From: Dictyostelium discoideum
Lineage: Eukaryota
Assembly: GCA_000004695.1 (NCBI GenBank)
Contig: CM000153.2
Location: 5,152,001 to 5,216,000, forward strand
Direction: 5' to 3'
Length of the DNA: 64,000 nt
Position 1 is the stretch's first letter; every line of letters starts with the position of its first letter. Positions 1 through 16,402 of this stretch are shown here, in pieces. Under the pieces are notes generated by a model. That model saw only the letters and a list, made by a program, of their open reading frames with translations. It was not told the origin of the DNA and searched no databases. A program made the position numbers and the translations under genes.

Positions 1-456
1 AAAAATACCCGATGATAATGCAAACATACCAACTAATATACCTCCAATCTAAAATAAATAAATAAAATAAAATACAAATAAATTGATTAATATTTTATTA
101 TTATAATAATAATAAATAATAATAAATAATAAATAATAAATAATAATTACCTTTCCTCTATGTTTAATTGTATAATTATGAACATTTGGAACGATTGAAG
201 CTGTAAATGTTGCATGTGAAGCTTGACCAACTAAAAATAAAAAGAATGATAACAAGTATACATTGTTAATTATTGTACCCTTTAAAATACCCCAAACACC
301 CATATATCCAATGATATATAATACTGTTGCTAACAATGATGTATAAAATGGTCCGAATAAATCAAAGAAATACCCAACTGTTAATCCAATGTATCTATAT
401 TTAAATTAATAATATGAGTTAGGAATTTGGAGAGAGAGAGAGAGAAGAGAGAAGAG

Positions 457-493
<37 letters not shown>

Positions 494-907
494 GGAAAAA
501 ACTTACATTCCAACATCACCAAGTGAAATTGCTAAACCAATATCAGTTTGACTATAATCTAATCTATCTCTAACTTCATTAGAAATAACACTAAAACCAT
601 ATAGAGTACCAGATATTAAAATTGTTAAAACACCCCAAACGAATGAAATGGTTCGTTGTGTTCTTTTATTTTTAATAATATGAGGAGGTTTATAAAATCT
701 ATGTAAACCTTTTTCTTTTTCAATTTTTTTTTTATTTCTTTTCTTTAAGTATCTTGTATTATCATCATCCTGATCATCATTTATATTAATATTTACATTG
801 TCAATACTATTCTTTAATGAATCTTCTTCTTCCTTTGTTATTGAATAATTAGAATCGGTTAATTCATTATTATTATTGCCATTACTACTATTTATAGTAT
901 CAGACAT
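1..907 (-). CDS. Major-facilitator/nodulin-like membrane transporter, 3'-partial (runs off the window start). Exons on the minus strand: 907..507, 394..151, 48..<1.
   Basis: ORF 503..907 starts with MSDTINSS and ends at a GTAAGT donor (reverse complement of plus 501-506). A TTTTAG acceptor restores the frame into hydrophobic TM segments (IYIGLTVGYFFDLFGPFYTSLLATVLYIIGYMGVWGILK...). A second GTAATT donor lies at 150-149 and a third exon begins at 48 (IGGILVGMFALSSGIF). The family call comes from the TM pattern only. Confidence 0.5.
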
Positions 908-1540
908 TATTAAAGGTTTTGTTTGTTTTGTTTTGTTTTTTTTTTTTTTTTTTTTTTGGGAAAAGAATAATAGTTTTTATTATTTTTTTATTTGTTTTTT
1001 TTATTTTTATTTTTATTTTTATATTAAAAAGTTTAATTTAATCAAAGAGATTAGGTTGACTAGAATACAGAGTTGGAATATAAATTTTAACCAACAAAGT
1101 TTTGAAATAATAAATTTTTTTTATTACTATTTTATTATTTTTTTTTTTTTATATTTTCTATTTGGTGTCTGTTTTATTCTTTTTTTTTAAAAAAAATTCA
1201 GTAATACCAGAGTTTCAGCGGGTTTATGTGGGATGGAGTGAATGTGTGATTTTATTTTTATTGGTGAAAAGATATCGTTTTATCTTTTTACTATTGTATT
1301 AATGTGTGGTAGTGTGGTAGTGTGGTAGTATTATTGTAGTAAAATTGGTAGTGTGCGTGTGTGTGAGTGTGGTAGTAAATTATAAAAATATTTAATAATA
1401 AAATATAAATATATATGTATATATTTTATTTTATATTTTGTAGAGAATAATTTAGTAGTGATATTTTTTATTTTTGAATAAATAGCATGCAAAAAAAAAA
1501 AAAAAAAAAAGGAGAGACTTTTTAACAAAAATAATATTAA

Positions 1541-1804
<264 letters not shown>

Positions 1805-2260
1805 TATTATAAGGTTATGTTTTTTGGTTTTATTTATTAATTTTTAATTTCATTAATGATGATTAATTTTGATAATAATTTGTCATTTACGATGAGAAGT
1901 TAATAAATATTTGATAAAAAAAAAAAAAAAAAAATAATAATAAAAAAAATAGTATCAGTTTTGATTTATCAAAAAAAAAAAATAAAAAAATAAAATTAAA
2001 AAATAATAAAAAAAAAAATTTATAAAATATTTAAAAAAATAATATTTTGAATGGGAAATTTCAAAAAAAAAAAAAAAAAAAAAAGATATTTTTCTTTTTT
2101 TTTAGACTAAAAATAGTTTTAAATTTAATTTATGTTTAAATTATTATTATTATTATAATTTCTTTTATTTTTTTTTTATTATTTTTTTTTTTATTATTTT
2201 TTTTTTTCAAATAAATATTATTTGTATATATATTTTTTAAATTATTTATTTCTTTTTTTT

Positions 2261-2291
<31 letters not shown>

Positions 2292-2309
2292 TTTTATAAA
2301 TTTTTTAAT

Positions 2310-3960
2310 TTAATTTAAATCAAAATATTTTCTAAAAAGAGGACAATATTTACTTTCTACAGTAACAAATTCTTTAAAGAATAAACTCTTTGAGTCTTTA
2401 GTTGTACAAGTTTGAGATTTTAATAATAAGAATTGATCAAAGAGTTTATCGATAGTTTCTTTGTCAGAATCTTTATAGTCATTGTAAAGACCACCATATT
2501 GACCCTCCTCTTTGGAATCCTCAAACAAGATGACGAAATAAGAGGAAAGATGATTTTGAATGGAAAACATGAAATGTTGTTGACATTCTTTTGGTGCCAA
2601 TGTCATCAATTGTAAATAGAATTCCATTGGTGTTAAGATATCATCCAAATCACCACTTTCTAAACAATAGATAACATCATTCGAGATTGCTCTTTCATGG
2701 CATGATAAAAGTTTGATACACTGTTCTTTACTCTCAACGGATGGTAATGATTGATAGATTTCAAATAAACCTTGAGTCTCCTCCAATGTAAGATGTTCCT
2801 CCTTCCATGTATTTAAATATTCAACCAAGATTGAATAAAACTTTTCAATGAATAATTTTGAATCGGTATTCTTTAAAATTGAATGGAAAACAGAAATGAA
2901 TTCACTATTAATCTCACCTTCCTCTTCATCAACGCCATCATCACCACCACCACCATTTACCAATATGAATCTATTCAAATATTCAATAATCTTTTCAACA
3001 TTATCTCTTATAAATAATCCAACAACTTTATTCTCACGTAATAAAAATGTTGATTCATTCTTTTCTAATGATTCACAACCAGCATTACTTTATTTTTTTG
3101 GAAAAAAAAAAATAAAAAATTAATAAATTTTGTTTTTTTTTTTTTTTTTTTTTAATATATTAATTAATATTTTACATACGTTATTTTTTCAATATTTTTT
3201 AAATAATATTGTTCTTGATCAGAGTCAGTTAAATAACAACAAATACTCATGAAATAAGTTGCTCTTTGTTTTTTATCAGCCAACATTGGTAATTGATATT
3301 CAAGATTTTTTAAAAGATGTGAAGATAATTCCTGTTTCTTTTCAGAGGTTAATAATTGTTGACCATTGAAAATACCCAATGATAATGAAACTAAACCTGA
3401 TAATGACTCTTTGGTTTTTTGCATTAATTCAATTGATGAAACTTTTAATAATAAATCAAATGGTGTTTTCTCTGATGATGCTTGATCAATGAATGCTTGA
3501 TCATTCTCTTCAATTTGTGTACCTAATACTAAACCAACTCTTGATAAAAAGAATTTAATTGTTTTAATTGCAATATGGCCATCTCCTGAATCTAAATCTT
3601 TATATAAATCCAAATACTAATTTTTTAAAAATAAAAAAAATAAAAAAAAAAAAAAAAAAATTAGTAAATAAATAAAAAAATAAAAAAAAATTAATAAAAA
3701 AAAAAAAAAAATTAAAATTATATAATTACATTAACTAAAATTTCAAATAATTCGAATCTCCAATTTATAATAATATCTAAAGATGAAAGTGCTTGAATGG
3801 CAAAGAATTTAACTTGATCTGATGATTCTAATGTAATTAAGGTTTCATATAATTCTATTACTTTTTTATCATCTTTATTTTCCATATAATATTTAATAAA
3901 TAAACAAGTTGATAATGCTCTTAAAATGTAATTATTACTTTTAACCCATTCTTCTAATTC

Positions 3961-4010
<50 letters not shown>

Positions 4011-4466
4011 CGTTTTATAAAATTGAAAAAAGAGAAGTCAGCGACTGGCAAATTTTTTTTTTTTATTTTTTTTTTTTATTTCCACTCCGACATTTTTTTT
4101 TAATTTTTTTTTAATTTTTTTTTTTTATTTTTGGCACACGATAAAAATAGATAAAAATAAATCCAAAAAAAAAAAAATAATAAAAAATAATAATGACTTA
4201 CGATTAATTTTTAATTTTTTTGAGATCATAAAAATGACAACAGAATTAATTGTACTTAAAATTTGACATGATTTTAATGTAGTGGTTGTAATGAATTCTT
4301 CAACTGCTTTTTTAAAATCTTCAACACTCCATTTTGAACATTGTTTTAATAAATCTTCTGAAACCATTTCTTCTAAATCGCTATCACTTTTATTTACACT
4401 TGATAATATAAAAACATTATCTGATTTTGCAATACCTTCATTTAAAAATTTTATTATTTCTTGCAT
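2310..4466 (-). CDS. Hypothetical conserved protein with a helical-repeat look, ~570 aa. Four exons on the minus strand: 4466..4202, 3959..3730, 3616..3180, 3087..2310.
   Basis: ORF segments MQEIIKFLNEGIAK..., (Q)LEEWVKSNNYILRALSTCL..., YLDLYKDLDSGDGH... and NAGCESLEKNESTFLLRENKVVGLF...YFDLN* are joined by GTAAGT/GTAATT/GTATGT donors and AT-rich-tract AG acceptors with consistent phases 1/0/2. I cannot assign a function from the sequence. Confidence 0.45.
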
Positions 4467-4715
4467 TTTTTATTTATTTTTATTATTATTATTTAAATTG
4501 TTTGTGTGTTTTGTGTGTGCGTGTGTGTTTATGTGTGAGAAAAAAATCCTATTTATTTATTTATATATATGTACAAATTTTTTTTTTTTTTTATATTTTA
4601 TTATTTTTTTATTTTTATTTTTGCTTTTTTTTTTTTTTTCTATCCTCTCAAAATAATTTTATTTTTCATGAAAAAAAAAAAAAAATAAAAAAATAAAAAT
4701 AAAAAAAAAACAATT

Positions 4716-4747
<32 letters not shown>

Positions 4748-5951
4748 TCAATAAAAAATCAGATAAAATTGGTTTTTTTTCTTTTTTTTTTTTTTATTTT
4801 TCTTTTTTTTTTTAAATAAAAACCTTTTTTTTTTTTTTTTTTTTTGTGCAATAATATTTTTAGAAATTAAAAATATCTTTCGCGCTGAACATTTGTCCAT
4901 ATTATAATAATAAACCAAACTTCACTCCGATTATATTGAAAATTAAAAAAAAAAAAAAAAAAAAAAAATAGAAAAATTCAAATTAATTTCGAATTGATTG
5001 GTGCAAGGTATTTTCTTGGCATTATCACAAGTTCAAGCCGATAGTATGAAATAAAAAAAAAATAAAAAAAAAAAAAAAAAAAAAATAAATAAATAAATAA
5101 GTAAATAAATAAATAAAAAATAAACAAATAAAAAAAATAAAAATTTAAAACTAAACAAATAAAGTTTAAAAAAAAAAAAAAAAACAATAAATTATTTTAT
5201 CATTATAATAAAATTATTTGAAAGTTTTTAAACTAAAAATAAACCAAATTCTTTTTTTTGATTTTTTTTTTTTTTTTTAAAAAAATTGATTAATTAAATA
5301 ATTCTAGTAAAGGAATAATAAAATAAAAAGTTAATTTGGAAATGATTAAAATAATCATAAGATTAAAATAATTATTATTCACAGAATATTATGTATTTTT
5401 TTTTTTTTTTTTTTTTAATAATTTAAAAATAGTTTTTGGTTAAAAAAAAAAGTGATAATGAATAACACTGAAATATTAATTATTTTTTTTTTTATTATTT
5501 TGAACTTTAACAATTTAATCTATTCCAGAAACACCGAAACGCTTTGAATTAAAAAAAGACCTTTCAGACTTTTTGACATTAATAGTTTTCTTAAAAATAA
5601 AGATTACTTTTTTTTTTTTTGATTTTTTAAATTTCGTTTTTTTATTTTCACTTTTTTTTTTTTAGTCAATTTTTTTTTTTTTTTTTTTTTTTCGAACATT
5701 TTTTTTTGTTATAAAAAAAAAAAAAATAAAAATAAAATAAAAAAAAAAAAATTTTAAATATATATACTTACATTAACTAAAATTTTGAATAGTTCAAATG
5801 AAACATATTTACATTTTTTTATTACAAACTACTGAAAATTAAAATAATCACTCAAATTATTTTTTTTTTTTTTTTTATTTTTTTGAACCAATTTCCCTAC
5901 TCAATTTTTTGAAATAATTTATTTTTTCAACTTTTTTTTTAGTTACAGCCA

Positions 5952-5986
<35 letters not shown>

Positions 5987-6044
5987 CAATAATAATGATT
6001 CAAAAAATATAAAAAAATTAAAATTAAAATTATTAAATAAAATA

Positions 6045-11167
<5,123 letters not shown>

Positions 11168-11321
11168 AGGTTGTTGTAAAAATTATAATAGTAATATAAT
11201 TCTATTTTTTATTCTTTTCTTTTCTTTTTTTTTTTTTTTATAAAAAAAATATTATTATCATTATTAGTTCTTTATTTATTTTTTTTTGTATTTTAAATAA
11301 TATCCATTTAGAAACTTAAAA

Positions 11322-11364
<43 letters not shown>

Positions 11365-11424
11365 TTTTATATAATTTATAATTTATTTTTCTATTATAAC
11401 AATATATTAAAAATTTTAATTTAT

Positions 11425-12927
11425 TTAATAATGGCCATGATGATGATGATCATTTATTCTTGAATAATTATGACGTTTTGTTTTAATGTATTTAGCTATA
11501 ATGAAAATAATTACAATACCGATGAATACAGAGAAACCTACAATTAGACCAAGAGCCCATTTTGGAAGTTTAGAATGAGATGATGTATCAATATCATAAA
11601 CATTGATATTCAATTGAATTGTATATGGATTTTGATTGTTTGTACTATAGATTGATGGTATATTAACTGAAACATATAAAGAATCTGAATCATAATTGCT
11701 TATTAAAGAAGAACCTGGATTTGGTAGCAATGAAAGATAAGCATGATTTGGTGCGGTTGTTTGATTAAAACTATAGATATCAGATAAACTAATAACCATT
11801 AAAGAGTTTTTACCATCTCCACTTGATAATGTGATTGAATTTGAAGTTTCAGAGAAAACATTTGAATATCCACTCATTGAGTCATGTTGATTCGATATTT
11901 TAAATATCATTGAATAAGTTGCACCACCACTAGTTGTATAATAAACAGTTGGTAAATAGTTGATATTAATAGTTGGAGTTAAAGTAATTGTGGCTGCTGA
12001 TGATGATAATGGTAAATAGGCACCTTTGTAATTTTCATAGCTAAATGATGGTTCCTCAACTGAAGTGAAGCCAACATCATATTGCAATTGGTTAAGCCAT
12101 GGTTTTGAAGATGGTTTACCATTTGTATAGGTTGTACCATCCAATGTAAAAGATAAACCAACTTTGCTTGATGAATTACCACTGACTGCATATTGTGATA
12201 ATTGACTAACCATGGAAATATCTGATGTTGAACCAGCAGGATTTGCAATGATATGTGATAGAACAACACTGAATTGCTCATTTGATGAACTCATTGAAAA
12301 TGTGTTAAATGCTTGGACTATTGGTGATGGTAATGAAGTTTGGTTATAAACTCTGACACTACAATCAAATGATGCTTGGTTTTGGTTACATCTACATGTA
12401 TTTCCAACATCACAGAAACCATTTTCTGAACAACCACTTGGACAACTACTGTTTGTGAATATATATTTACTAGTTCCTAATACTGGTACTGGTCCAACAG
12501 CAATTTGTTTTGTTGGAGTTTTTGATGGTGTTGGTGTTGGTACTGGAATTGGTGTATAAACCATTACAATTGCCAATGTTGTAAAGTTTACTGCATTTTT
12601 ACCACTATAATTATCTGATAATCTACATGTAATGGTTTCACCAATTGAATCAATTGTTAAACTATCATCACAATCTAATCCATATGAAATATTTGATCCT
12701 TCTTCTGGTACATTGAGTGAAACTTTAATTCCTTCTGTACTATTTAAACAAAAAATACCTTGAATAACAACTAAACTATTAATATTGTATGGGTTAACTT
12801 CTGAAACGCTAAAAATCTTTTGATGGCATTCACTTGATGATGATGATGACGATGATGTTGATGAGACAAAATAATTATTAAATGAAATGGATAGAATTAA
12901 AAGAAATAAAAGTATCTTTTTTTCCAT
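11425..12927 (-). CDS. Type I transmembrane glycoprotein, single exon. Signal peptide, Ser-rich N-terminus, PTPTPSKTPT linker, one EGF-like Cys module, one TM helix, short His-rich cytoplasmic tail.
   Basis: MEKKILLFLLILSISFNNYFVSSTSSSSSSSSE... The EGF-like module is CPSGCSENGFCDVGNTCRCNQNQASFDCS. The TM helix is LGLIVGFSVFIGIVIIFIIA followed by KYIKTKRHNYSRINDHHHHGHY*. Confidence 0.6.
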   Translation of the reverse strand: MEKKILLFLLILSISFNNYFVSSTSSSSSSSSECHQKIFSVSEVNPYNINSLVVIQGIFCLNSTEGIKVSLNVPEEGSNISYGLDCDDSLTIDSIGETITCRLSDNYSGKNAVNFTTLAIVMVYTPIPVPTPTPSKTPTKQIAVGPVPVLGTSKYIFTNSSCPSGCSENGFCDVGNTCRCNQNQASFDCSVRVYNQTSLPSPIVQAFNTFSMSSSNEQFSVVLSHIIANPAGSTSDISMVSQLSQYAVSGNSSSKVGLSFTLDGTTYTNGKPSSKPWLNQLQYDVGFTSVEEPSFSYENYKGAYLPLSSSAATITLTPTININYLPTVYYTTSGGATYSMIFKISNQHDSMSGYSNVFSETSNSITLSSGDGKNSLMVISLSDIYSFNQTTAPNHAYLSLLPNPGSSLISNYDSDSLYVSVNIPSIYSTNNQNPYTIQLNINVYDIDTSSHSKLPKWALGLIVGFSVFIGIVIIFIIAKYIKTKRHNYSRINDHHHHGHY

Positions 12928-13213
12928 TTTTTTAATTTATTTTACACTAAAAAAATAAATAATTGAAAAAAAAAAATTAAAAATATAAATGTTAAAAAAA
13001 AAAAAAAAAAAAAAGATATTTTAGAAAAATCACTGGTATCACGTATTTTTTTGGGTTGAAAATTTTGGAAATTTAGGTATGAAAAATTCCGATAAAAAAA
13101 AAAAAAAAAAAATTGTTTAGTGGAGATTTTTTTTTTTTTTTTTTTCATAACTTTATGCCATCCTGTTATATTTTATTTAAATTAAGAATTTTTTTTTTTT
13201 TGGCCATTATTAG

Positions 13214-13285
13214 TTTTTTTTGAATTGGATAGTTGTAGTCTGCTTCTCTTTGAGATTTTTTTTTTTTTTTTACAGACCTTGAATT
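13214..13285 (-). mobile_element. Solo, heavily 5'-truncated 3'-end fragment of the same retroelement family, with its poly(A) on the minus strand.
   Basis: The minus strand reads AAGGTCTGT-A16-ATCTCAAAGAGAAGCAGACTACAACTATCCAATTC-A8. This parallels the 3' terminus at 13471-13570, which reads AAAGACCCTGT-A15-...ATCTCAAGGAGAAGCAAATAATAATTGCGTTATCCAATTC-A~30. Confidence 0.35.
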
Positions 13286-13454
13286 AAAAGTGTTTGGAAA
13301 GGGTTTGAAAAGGGATTATCAATTTTTATTTCTTTTTTAATAGAATAATAGAAATAGTGTTTATTAAAAAAAATAATAAAAATAATTATTTTATTTTTAA
13401 ACAATAATTTGGATACTTCAGTGTGCACCATAGTTTAATTAAAAATAATCGATT

Positions 13455-13489
<35 letters not shown>

Positions 13490-13558
13490 AATTGGATAAC
13501 GCAATTATTATTTGCTTCTCCTTGAGATGCTAGATCTCATTTTATTTTTTTTTTTTTT

Positions 13559-13759
13559 TTACAGGGTCTTTTTGATTAAAACATCTTTTTTGTCCAAACT
13601 TTTTTCTAAATCTTTTTTTATTTTATCGTCTGGTTCGTGATTGATGTTTATGACGTATTTGAATTGTTTTTTTTTTAATTGAGTTTTATCCACAATTTCG
13701 CTTATTTTTTGTAGGCATTTGTGTTGCTTAATATTTGTGGTGTTGTTTGTGATTTTCAT
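13559..13759 (-). pseudogene. Truncated copy (first 66 codons) of the retroelement ORF1. It is fused directly to a 3'-terminal motif plus poly(A), so it looks like an internally deleted element copy.
   Basis: The peptide MKITNNTTNIKQHKCLQKISEIVDKTQLKKKQFKYVININHEPDDKIKKDLEKSLDKKDVLIK is identical to the N-terminus of ORF 14703..16037. Homology stops at 13562, where the 3'-end motif AAAGACCCTGT-A15 begins. Confidence 0.55.
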
Positions 13760-13800
13760 TTTATTTTCTTTCTATCTTTTTTATTTTTCTGATTAACTTG

Positions 13801-13842
<42 letters not shown>

Positions 13843-13855
13843 TTATAGAAAGTAC

Positions 13856-14319
13856 TGAGTGAATTATTGTATTTTTTGAGATGTTTAGGAAGTTCTATTG
13901 CGGGTGTTGATGATGATTTGTGACACCCCTTGTCCTGTTTTATCAATTGGTGCGTGGTGTGTTATTTTGTTTTTATATTGTTGATTTATTGAGTAAATTT
14001 TATTTGTTTTTATATTTGTTTCAGTTAGAAGTGCTGCGTCCAGCTTGTTGTTGTCTAAAACGGTGTTTATTATGCTGGCAGATTGGATGGTATTGGATCC
14101 TTGGACGTTCCAAACACCTATTCTTATTGTGTTTTTCTTTATAGTTTTATTTGGGGTAGATTTTTATCTACCTTTTGAAGTTTCTGGTTTATTTTGTCTT
14201 CTAACTGATCTTTACTTTGTTCATTGTGTTGTTGGTCTTGTGTGTTTGTGGGGTTTTTTGATTTATTGATTTGTTTTAGAATTTCCTTGTTGAAGTTGTC
14301 TATATCTTCATCCATTTTT
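13856..14319 (-). repeat. Second copy of the ORF1 C-terminal part plus ~290 bp of 3' region of the retroelement, truncated by the assembly gap.
   Basis: Near-identity of 13856-14299 with 14420-14880, with identical spurious ORFs on both strands in the track. It ends in GTACTTTCTATAAAT + A38 (plus 13841-13803, reverse complement). Confidence 0.7.
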
Positions 14320-14419
14320 NNNNNNNNNNNNNNNNNNNNNNNNNNNNNNNNNNNNNNNNNNNNNNNNNNNNNNNNNNNNNNNNNNNNNNNNNNNNNNNNN
14401 NNNNNNNNNNNNNNNNNNN
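14320..14419. other. Assembly gap (100 N) inside the retroelement tandem array.
   Basis: Run of exactly 100 N. Identical sequence on both flanks implies a collapsed or unresolved repeat. Confidence 0.95.
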
Positions 14420-14702
14420 TGAGTGAATTATTGTATTTTTTGAGATGTTTAGGAAGTTCTATTGCGGGTGTTGATGATGATTTGTGACACCCCTTGTCCT
14501 GTTTTATCAATTGGTGCGTGGTGTGTTATTTTGTTTTTATATTGTTGATTTATTGAGTAAATTTTATTTGTTTTTATATTTGTTTCAGTTAGAAGTGCTG
14601 CGTCCAGCTTGTTGTTGTCTAAAACGGTGTTTATTATGCTGGCAGATTGGATGGTATTGGATCCTTGGACGTTCCAAACACCTATTCTTATTGTGTTTTT
14701 CT

Positions 14703-16037
14703 TTATAGTTTTATTTGGGGTAGATTTTTATCTACCTTTTGAAGTTTCTGGTTTATTTTGTCTTCTAACTGATCTTTACTTTGTTCATTGTGTTGTTGGT
14801 CTTGTGTGTTTGTGGGGTTTTTTGATTTATTGATTTGTTTTAGAATTTCCTTGTTGAAGTTGTCTATATCTTCATCCATTTTTGTTTTTATGCTTTTTTG
14901 TCCATATTCACCCAATTTTGGTTTGACTGGTGTTTTGTTGGTCTTGTTTGTTTTGTCTTGTTGTTTCTTTTTTGGTGTGTTTAACAATTTACTTGGTGAA
15001 TCGATAATTTTCGATGGTGTACCATAGGTTGGGCTGAAACTCATGATATGTTTTATTGGAGAGGAGAAGAACCATTGATTTGAAGGGATTGAAAGTGGGA
15101 ATTCTATTTTTCTTATTGCATCAGTGTTTGGGCTGGTGAAGTCGAAGATATCATTTGCCTCTCTAAGTTTTTCTTCCGTTGTTAGTCCCTTTGTTTCGCC
15201 GTGTTGTTTTATTGGTGTATTGTATGGAGATGGTGGTTCGATAGGTTTTTCTGATTTTGTTTTAATTTCTTGATTGTTTATCGATTGTGTATTGATCTCA
15301 TTCTCTATTCTTGTTAGTTCATCTACGTTTTCTAGTGATGCTTCTATTACCTTTTGAGCTGTATCATCTAGGGCCATAAATGTTTTATCATTAGATGAGG
15401 ATGTGATTGGTGGGATAATGATTGTTCTTTTTCCTTGTTTTGGTATTTGTTCTGATGTAGATTGTGGTTGTTGTTCATCTGATTGTTTTTTATTTTTGTT
15501 TTCTTCTTGATTTTCTGGTAATGAGGTTTGATCTCTCCATCCTTTGTTGGAGTGTCCAATTAATGTTAGATTGTCTAGTTCAATGATAGTGTCAAATTCT
15601 TCTACGACTCTTTTCACTGTTTTGATAATTAGAGTTTCGCCTTTAATTTCTGATTTAATTAGTTTACATCCTTCATTTTCTATTACCCATTCTATTTCTG
15701 TGAGTGATTTATACCAATCAAAATCTGTATACATATTTTTTGGTCTTATAGTGGTTATAAATTGTCCTTTTAATTCTGCATCAAACATATTTACAAAATA
15801 GATTACTGTACTAATACTGTCTGTGAGAATTTTGAATGTATTATTACTTTTGATTAAAACATCTTTTTTGTCCAAACTTTTTTCTAAATCTTTTTTTATT
15901 TTATCGTCTGGTTCGTGATTGATGTTTATGACGTATTTGAATTGTTTTTTTTTTAATTGAGTTTTATCCACAATTTCGCTTATTTTTTGTAGGCATTTGT
16001 GTTGCTTAATATTTGTGGTGTTGTTTGTGATTTTCAT
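14703..16037 (-). CDS. Retroelement ORF1-like protein of 444 aa, no RT domain. It is the main ORF of the TRE5-like unit nearest the tRNA.
   Basis: Uninterrupted ORF MKITNNTTNIKQHKCLQKISEIVDK...LPQIKL* inside the repeated element. Its N-terminus is duplicated at 13559..13759 and its C-terminus at 14139..14299. ~51 kDa is consistent with a TRE5-A ORF1-sized product, a figure I recall from memory and have not checked. Confidence 0.45.
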   Translation of the reverse strand: MKITNNTTNIKQHKCLQKISEIVDKTQLKKKQFKYVININHEPDDKIKKDLEKSLDKKDVLIKSNNTFKILTDSISTVIYFVNMFDAELKGQFITTIRPKNMYTDFDWYKSLTEIEWVIENEGCKLIKSEIKGETLIIKTVKRVVEEFDTIIELDNLTLIGHSNKGWRDQTSLPENQEENKNKKQSDEQQPQSTSEQIPKQGKRTIIIPPITSSSNDKTFMALDDTAQKVIEASLENVDELTRIENEINTQSINNQEIKTKSEKPIEPPSPYNTPIKQHGETKGLTTEEKLREANDIFDFTSPNTDAIRKIEFPLSIPSNQWFFSSPIKHIMSFSPTYGTPSKIIDSPSKLLNTPKKKQQDKTNKTNKTPVKPKLGEYGQKSIKTKMDEDIDNFNKEILKQINKSKNPTNTQDQQHNEQSKDQLEDKINQKLQKVDKNLPQIKL

Positions 16038-16112
16038 TTTATTTTCTTTCTATCTTTTTTATTTTTCTTTAAAAAGTTAAAAATCTGGAAATTTTCTAAT
16101 TAACTTGGTTCC

Positions 16113-16156
<44 letters not shown>

Positions 16157-16272
16157 TCTTTTTTATATGAAAAATGAAATAATCAAAAAAAGAGATTGTT
16201 GTTGTTGTTTGTTTTTTTCGATCTCCAAAATAATCGATTTATTTTGCTATTAAAATTTTTATTTCATCCAAA

Positions 16273-16355
16273 GCAAGGGTAGGAAAGTCTGGTTAAATCC
16301 GTGTGACTTAAGATCTCATCCATTCGGTTCGCGAGTTCGAATCTCGCCTCTTGCA
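16273..16355 (+). tRNA. tRNA-Leu, anticodon UAA, type II tRNA with a long variable arm.
   Basis: The acceptor stem GCAAGGG pairs with CTCTTGC, with discriminator A. The anticodon loop is CTTAAGA, so the anticodon is TAA. A long variable arm TCCATTCGGTTC is present. The T-arm is GCGAG-TTCGAAT-CTCGC, and its internal B box reads GAGTTCGAATCTC. Confidence 0.85.
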
Positions 16356-16385
16356 ATGTTTTCTTAATTTCAATTATTCGATTAT

Positions 16386-16398
16386 TGGTTCAATTCTT
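16386..16398 (+). promoter_or_regulatory. Candidate external B box (exB-like motif TGGTTCAATTCTT) ~31 bp downstream of the tRNA.
   Basis: 8 of 11 positions match the B-box consensus GGTTCGAATCC. Dictyostelium tRNA genes are known to carry downstream exB boxes. This is only a resemblance. Confidence 0.3.
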
Positions 16399-16402
16399 TA
16401 AT

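Larger units (their letters stand above)
13471..16226 (-). mobile_element. Composite array of a tRNA-gene-targeted non-LTR retroelement (TRE5-like) inserted ~46 bp upstream of tRNA-Leu. It contains head-to-tail partial copies, each ending in poly(A), interrupted by a 100-N gap. The whole array is bounded by the 19-bp direct repeat AAAATAATCGATTTATTTT at 13452-13470 and 16227-16245.
   Basis: The two copies of the direct repeat are identical. The minus-strand poly(A) at 13471-13500 abuts the distal repeat. The base composition is distinct: GC-richer and T/G-rich on the plus strand. The segment 13856-14319 is nearly identical to 14420-14880, and 13559-13802 to 15837-16116. Poly(A) tracts of 37-40 nt immediately precede each CCCAAGTTAAT... 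unit start (13803-13840 and 16117-16153). The position ~46-48 bp upstream of a tRNA matches the known TRE5 targeting rule. The family assignment is an inference. Confidence 0.55.

Noticed and set aside
876-1528. ORFs 876..1190 (+) and 1331..1528 (-).
   Set aside because: Poly-Phe/poly-Tyr translations of homopolymer-rich intergenic DNA with no coding periodicity.
4282-5187. ORFs in the 4282-5187 interval.
   Set aside because: Antisense of the 4466 gene's first exon, or pure A/T-tract translations. The real gene is on the minus strand.
13920-15027. Plus-strand ORFs (74-87 aa), duplicated at 13920/14484, 14045/14609 and 14224/14788.
   Set aside because: They lie antisense inside the repeated retroelement. 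They are duplicated only because the DNA is duplicated, and they are T/G-rich low-complexity translations.
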